Positions 59,660 through 64,000 of a stretch of 64,000 nt of DNA are shown one piece after another. The DNA comes from Leucoraja ocellata. Lineage: Eukaryota. The notes below the pieces were generated by a model, which saw nothing but the letters and a program-made list of their open reading frames with translations, had not been told where the DNA came from and searched no databases. The DNA is taken from NCBI GenBank assembly GCA_036785375.1, contig JAWMAR010000001.1:10230001-10294000 (forward strand), given 5' to 3'. The position numbers and the translations under genes were made by a program. The first letter of the stretch is position 1, and every line of letters starts with the position of its first letter.

Positions 59660-60550
59660 CACATCTTCAAGATGGCGGATGTGCGGGAGTGGGCACCGTC
59701 TGTGTATGGCAGCCTGCCCGCAGTCCGTCTCTACACCTTTTTTATTTTAAGTCCTGTTAAAAAATGTTAGTGGAGGTCTTCTATGTGGGGGTGGGGGTGG
59801 GGAAGGGGAAACTTTATTTCTTAGTCACCTACCTGGTCGGAGAGGCAGCATCCCTCCAAGCTGCTTCTTCGCCCCGTCTTCGCGGCCTACCATCGAGAAT
59901 GGAGCAGCGTTTCCTGTCGGGACCGTCCAGGACTACAGCTTCGGCGGCGGTGGCGCAGCGCTGGGATACCAACACGGAGCGGGCGATGCCTTGCCGGGTT
60001 GCCGTGCGGTAAGCTCCGGAGCGCTGTGGCCGTCGATCCCAACATCGCGGAGCTGGGGCTGCGGGCGTCCGGCCGCCGGCGGCGCTGGATTTGGAGCGCC
60101 GCAGAGCCAGGGATCGAGTTCACCGGGGTCGGAGCTCCAGCCGGCGCGGCCTGAGGACTTCGAGTGCCCCAGTCTCCAGGGAGGAGGCAGCCGCTCCAGA
60201 CTTTTCCAAGCCGATGAGGAATGTTTCACCCGACGCCGAAGTTCCATCTTCATGGCAAGAGGGCCCTGAAAATCATCGGACTGGCTGCACGGCCACAAAT
60301 GAGCCCGACCTCGGGTGTTTCACAGAGGAAGAGGACTTAACTTTCTGGTGCCTTTCCCCACAGTGGAAAGTTTTGATTCTGCTGTGGGGGGACGTTTGTG
60401 TTGAACTCTATAATGTGTTGTGTCCATTTTATTCATTTTTTTTTAACCTTTTTCTATGGTTTGTAATGGAACTTATTATTTAATTTATGTAAAGCACTTT
60501 GGTGTCAATGCGAGTTGACTTAAAACGTGCTTTATAAATAAAACTTACTT
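59660..60550 (+). mobile_element. Apparently full-length CpG-rich non-coding retroelement with L2-type tail
   Basis: CAAGATGGCG head, CpG-rich body, 13-bp hairpin at ~60357-60390, tail TGTAAAGCACTTTG...AATAAA(ACTT)n; candidate TSD ACTATATT (59652-59659; 60551-60558). Confidence 0.68.
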
Positions 60551-61018
60551 ACTATATTTCCAAAATGTGAGTACTGTAGCACATCTTGTATGTGTATGTG
60601 ACAAATAAACGTTACTTGACTGGAGAGGTGATGGATCTAGACTAACATCACTGAAAGTTTGGTTTAAAATTTTTCCACCACAAGTATGGAATAAATGTTT
60701 GGCAAATTGTAACTAGCACCAGAAAAACACCAGGAATATAAATGACCATCAAAAGAGGCTGCAAGAACAGGGTGAAAAACAGGGATGAGAATTATATGCA
60801 AGAGCAAAAAACAAAGTTATGGAGGATGAAACATGAGGGATTTGAAAAACAGGGACAGCAATTTTTAGATATGTCTTTAATATCCAAACAGTGACGAAGA
60901 AAATGAAAATTATCTTTATTTTACCAATATCTAAAATAATATAACAAGGATGTAAGAAATGAAGGAAGTCAGCCACCACTCTCACACATTATCTTAGTTT
61001 TTTAATTTCTTTCAACAG

Positions 61019-61114
61019 GAGGAAGGTTTTGATTTCTCTCCCATAACTGAAATGCACATGGGATCCAGTCTCACGTCTGTTGAAGGAATGGTTCAGGAGG
61101 AAGATAAAGCCTAA
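61019..61114 (+). CDS. MDH1B: Probable terminal coding exon of MDH1B
   Basis: Strong acceptor (ttttttaatttctttcaacag) in unique sequence; the phase-0 frame reads EEGFDFSPITEMHMGSSLTSVEGMVQEEDKA* and is followed by AT-rich UTR-like sequence. Little protein similarity supports it, so the call rests on splice signal and phase. Confidence 0.55.
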   Translation, partial: EEGFDFSPITEMHMGSSLTSVEGMVQEEDKA

Positions 61115-63116
61115 GAAAAATAACGATCGACAATGTTGGTGTTTATCACCTTTTTAGCTGCACCGATTAAGTTTGAAGTATTTCTGGTTGCTTAAGTGAG
61201 CATTTTATGATATCCCTGTTGGAGAAGGGACGTTTTATCTTAGGCATACAAAGAACTTTTGCTTACATTTATTTTTAGGGATTTGAAAAGGAGGCAGTTA
61301 TTGACCATTCCTAATTACTACTGATCAGCATCATCTGCTAGGCCTTATTGGGACATTTAAGAGTCACCCAATTGCTATATACCTGGAGTTAAATTATAGA
61401 CCATAATGCGTATGGCAGATTTCCTACCCTGCAGGACATTAGTGAACTAGATGGGTTTAATGACAGTCTAGTAGTATTGTGAAACAGCTAATTTTGTAGA
61501 AAAGTGTCTAATTTAAAGGCAATAAATTTGGGTTCTCTCATAGTTAATATATAATGGTACAAATCAACCATAATATGAGGCAACGTAAAATTTTTAAGTA
61601 AGAAAAATTTAGATAGTTACTTTCCCTCATTCTGTTATGATTTATTTCCAAATTTCTGTTACTACAAGGAAATGTAAGCAGAACATGTTATGTTATCCCC
61701 ATCATGCAATGGTGCATTCTGTTTTGATTTATATCAGCTCATGGGACTATTTGTCATTATATCCCAAATCATATTTATTGATCTCTGACCCCCAAAAGTT
61801 TTTTTAGAAAGACAATGGAAATGGTTTTATTCATCAAAAGGCCAACTATTGCATGCTATTTAACCAACTAATAAGTGGATCATTAAAGTGGTTAACTTAA
61901 AATCATTTTTTTAAAGTTTATTTGGGTTTTCTTGAATTATTTTTTTTGAAGGAACAGTGAATATTAGTGATATCGTCAGGATGTTTACGTGGAGGAGTTA
62001 TAGAGCTCTATGAAGAATCAATGCATCCATGTTTATGAAAGAACTGTAAATGATTAGTGATTGCATTGTTTCAGTGATTGACTCATCTAATTTGCAGCAT
62101 TTGGTTAGTTTGTGTCCAATGGAACAGGAGATACAATGAACACAGAAGGGGTTGAGGAAAAGGATAGAAAGACTGCATGATTCACAACATCACAATCATC
62201 ACCATTATTCATTGTAAAATAAAACAATATCCACTTCCCTCAGGAAGTATTGCGTCCTGCAACCCTCTGTGCCAAGCAACCAAGCAGACACTCGCATACC
62301 CATTCTTTTTGATGCTTTTGGTACTGCTTTTAAACACTTCACTCACATCTGAAACATACAAACTTTTTTTTAATGATCTTAAACCCCTTAATAATGTTTA
62401 TCCCTCACACCATGTTTTCAACCCTACATTTCTGAAAAATCAAACTCTAAGTCCATCTAAAAACAAAATTTGGTCTTATCCATGTTCCATGTACAGCCTT
62501 TATCCAGCACATTAAATGTCAGACCCGAATTAGACTCAATACTCCCAAATAATTGTACAGCTTAGTTTACTAGTTAACCAATATTATCTTACATAACAAA
62601 GAAACCTTATCATTATTCATAAGGGCTGAATTTTAAAAGGAAATCTGAATACTGTACCCCTTTACAGCAAAATCTTAATACGAATCTAGGAAATGACATA
62701 TGGAAACCGATTTAGATTCATATTCACTGTCTGATTGTAACCATCAAATTATATTCTATTATGCTGTTACTATATAATAAAATAATTCTTCCAATTATTT
62801 GTTAATAGAGTTGATGCTGTTCGTGGGAATGGAAATAAAAAGATATCCGGCAGAGGTTTTAATGCAGCTGAATGATGTATTTTATTTTTGGCTGTTTCAG
62901 AGAAACAATGAAAGTCCATGTGAGACTGCTTTTTGAATTTAGACCAGACAGGATATGGTTGACACAGTTACTTAGATGCTGCAGACATTAGGAACAGGAG
63001 GCAACTTTCTCTTTCAAACCTTTGCTCATTATATTAAGGTCATGGTTGATCTAACTTCACATTACTATCTATCGTTGGTAACCATTCATCCCGTTGCTTA
63101 TCAAGTATTTCTTTAT

Positions 63117-63200
63117 GACATAAAGTACTGGAGTAACTCAGCATGTCAGGCAGCATCTCTAAATAGGTGACGTTTTTGATCAAGACCCTTCTTCAAACAA
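63117..63200 (-). mobile_element. Solo Penelope pLTR module, degenerate hammerhead-like core
   Basis: Minus strand TTGAAGAAGGGTCTTGATCAAAAACGTCACC...GATGCTGCCTGAC..GCTGAGTTACTCCAG..TGTC; same extent as 10579-10666. Confidence 0.65.
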
Positions 63201-63632
63201 GTCTGCCTTAATAAATATTCAGACCTGCTGTAAGACCCAACTACTGAACACCAACATTTGGAGTAGGACGATTCATATTTGTTCCTCAGGCCTCTGAAAT
63301 CTGGAGGAGTATTTATGGTTTTGCTGTAGCACCAATCCAATTCCTTTTGGCTAGCCAAGACTGCGCTGGGATTTGTGAGGCCAGTTTGTGACAGTTTGCT
63401 CAGGCTACTAGTCTGAGTATACATTTTTATGTTTGTTGTGAGCTTTCAGACTAAATTATTTCAATATTATCTATACTATAGCCATCGGGAGATAGAGGGA
63501 CAGATATGTAGACAGATTATTGAAAGGTGCAAAGGCAATGAGGATGTCGTAGTGGGTGACTTTAACTTCTCCATAATGACGACATAGTACAAACAAGCAG
63601 AGAAGAGGCAGAATTTGTTTAGTATATCCAAG

Positions 63633-64000
63633 AAACATAGAAACATAGAAATTAGGTGCAGGAGTAGGCCATTCGGCCCTTCGAGCGTGCACCGCCATTC
63701 AATATGATCATGGCTGATCATCCAACTCAGTATCCCGTACCTGCCTTCTCTCCATACCCTCTGATCCCCTTAGCCACAAGGGCCACATCTAACTCCCTCG
63801 TAAATATAGCCAATGAACTGGCCTCAACTACCCTCTGTGGCAGAGAGTTCCAGAGATTCACCACTCTCTGTGTGAAAAAAGTTCTTCTCATCTCGGTTTT
63901 AAAGGATTTCCCCTTATCCTTAAGCTGTGACCCCTTGTCCTGGACTTCCCTAACATCGGGAACAATCTTCCTGCATCTAGCCTGTCCAACCCCTTAAGAA
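63633..64000 (-). mobile_element. Young CR1 3' end (continues beyond window)
   Basis: (TTTCTATG)n tail and 3' sequence near-identical to 18495-18870. Confidence 0.93.

Noticed and set aside
63146-63424. 92-aa minus-strand ORF as an exon of a neighbouring gene
   Set aside because: No recognisable domain or convincing splice sites; its end runs into a Penelope pLTR fragment.

Overview
Eukaryotic (vertebrate) genomic DNA, most likely from a cartilaginous fish (skate/ray/shark). This assignment rests on HE1-like V-SINEs, abundant CR1 LINEs with (TTTCTATG)n tails and Penelope pseudo-LTRs. One host gene crosses the window on the + strand: MDH1B (malate dehydrogenase 1B-like). Six internal coding exons with canonical AG/GT sites and compatible phases lie at 2515-2649, 13637-13779, 17543-18042, 37585-37726, 41669-41844 and 48004-48143, with a probable terminal coding exon at 61019-61114; the first exons lie upstream of the window. 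The introns are filled with nested transposable elements: CR1, Rex-Babar, Penelope (hammerhead-like pLTRs), V-SINEs, two non-autonomous Helitrons, two hAT MITEs with 8-bp TSDs, several Gypsy elements (a SCAN-bearing Gmr1-like relic and a full-length CsRn1-like element with a -1 frameshift signal), a two-LTR BEL/Pao element and a DIRS1-like element with intact ITR/ICR architecture. Two assembly gaps occur at 9496-9634 and 12948-13170. I found no convincing new protein-coding system. The most interesting signals are non-coding and mechanistic: a TSD-flanked ~90-nt hammerhead-like module, a CR1 fragment carrying a Helitron flank that replaces a Gypsy RT core, a CpG-rich non-coding retroelement family with a covarying hairpin, and a four-level TE nest. 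All family assignments come from motif recognition by eye, not database searches.
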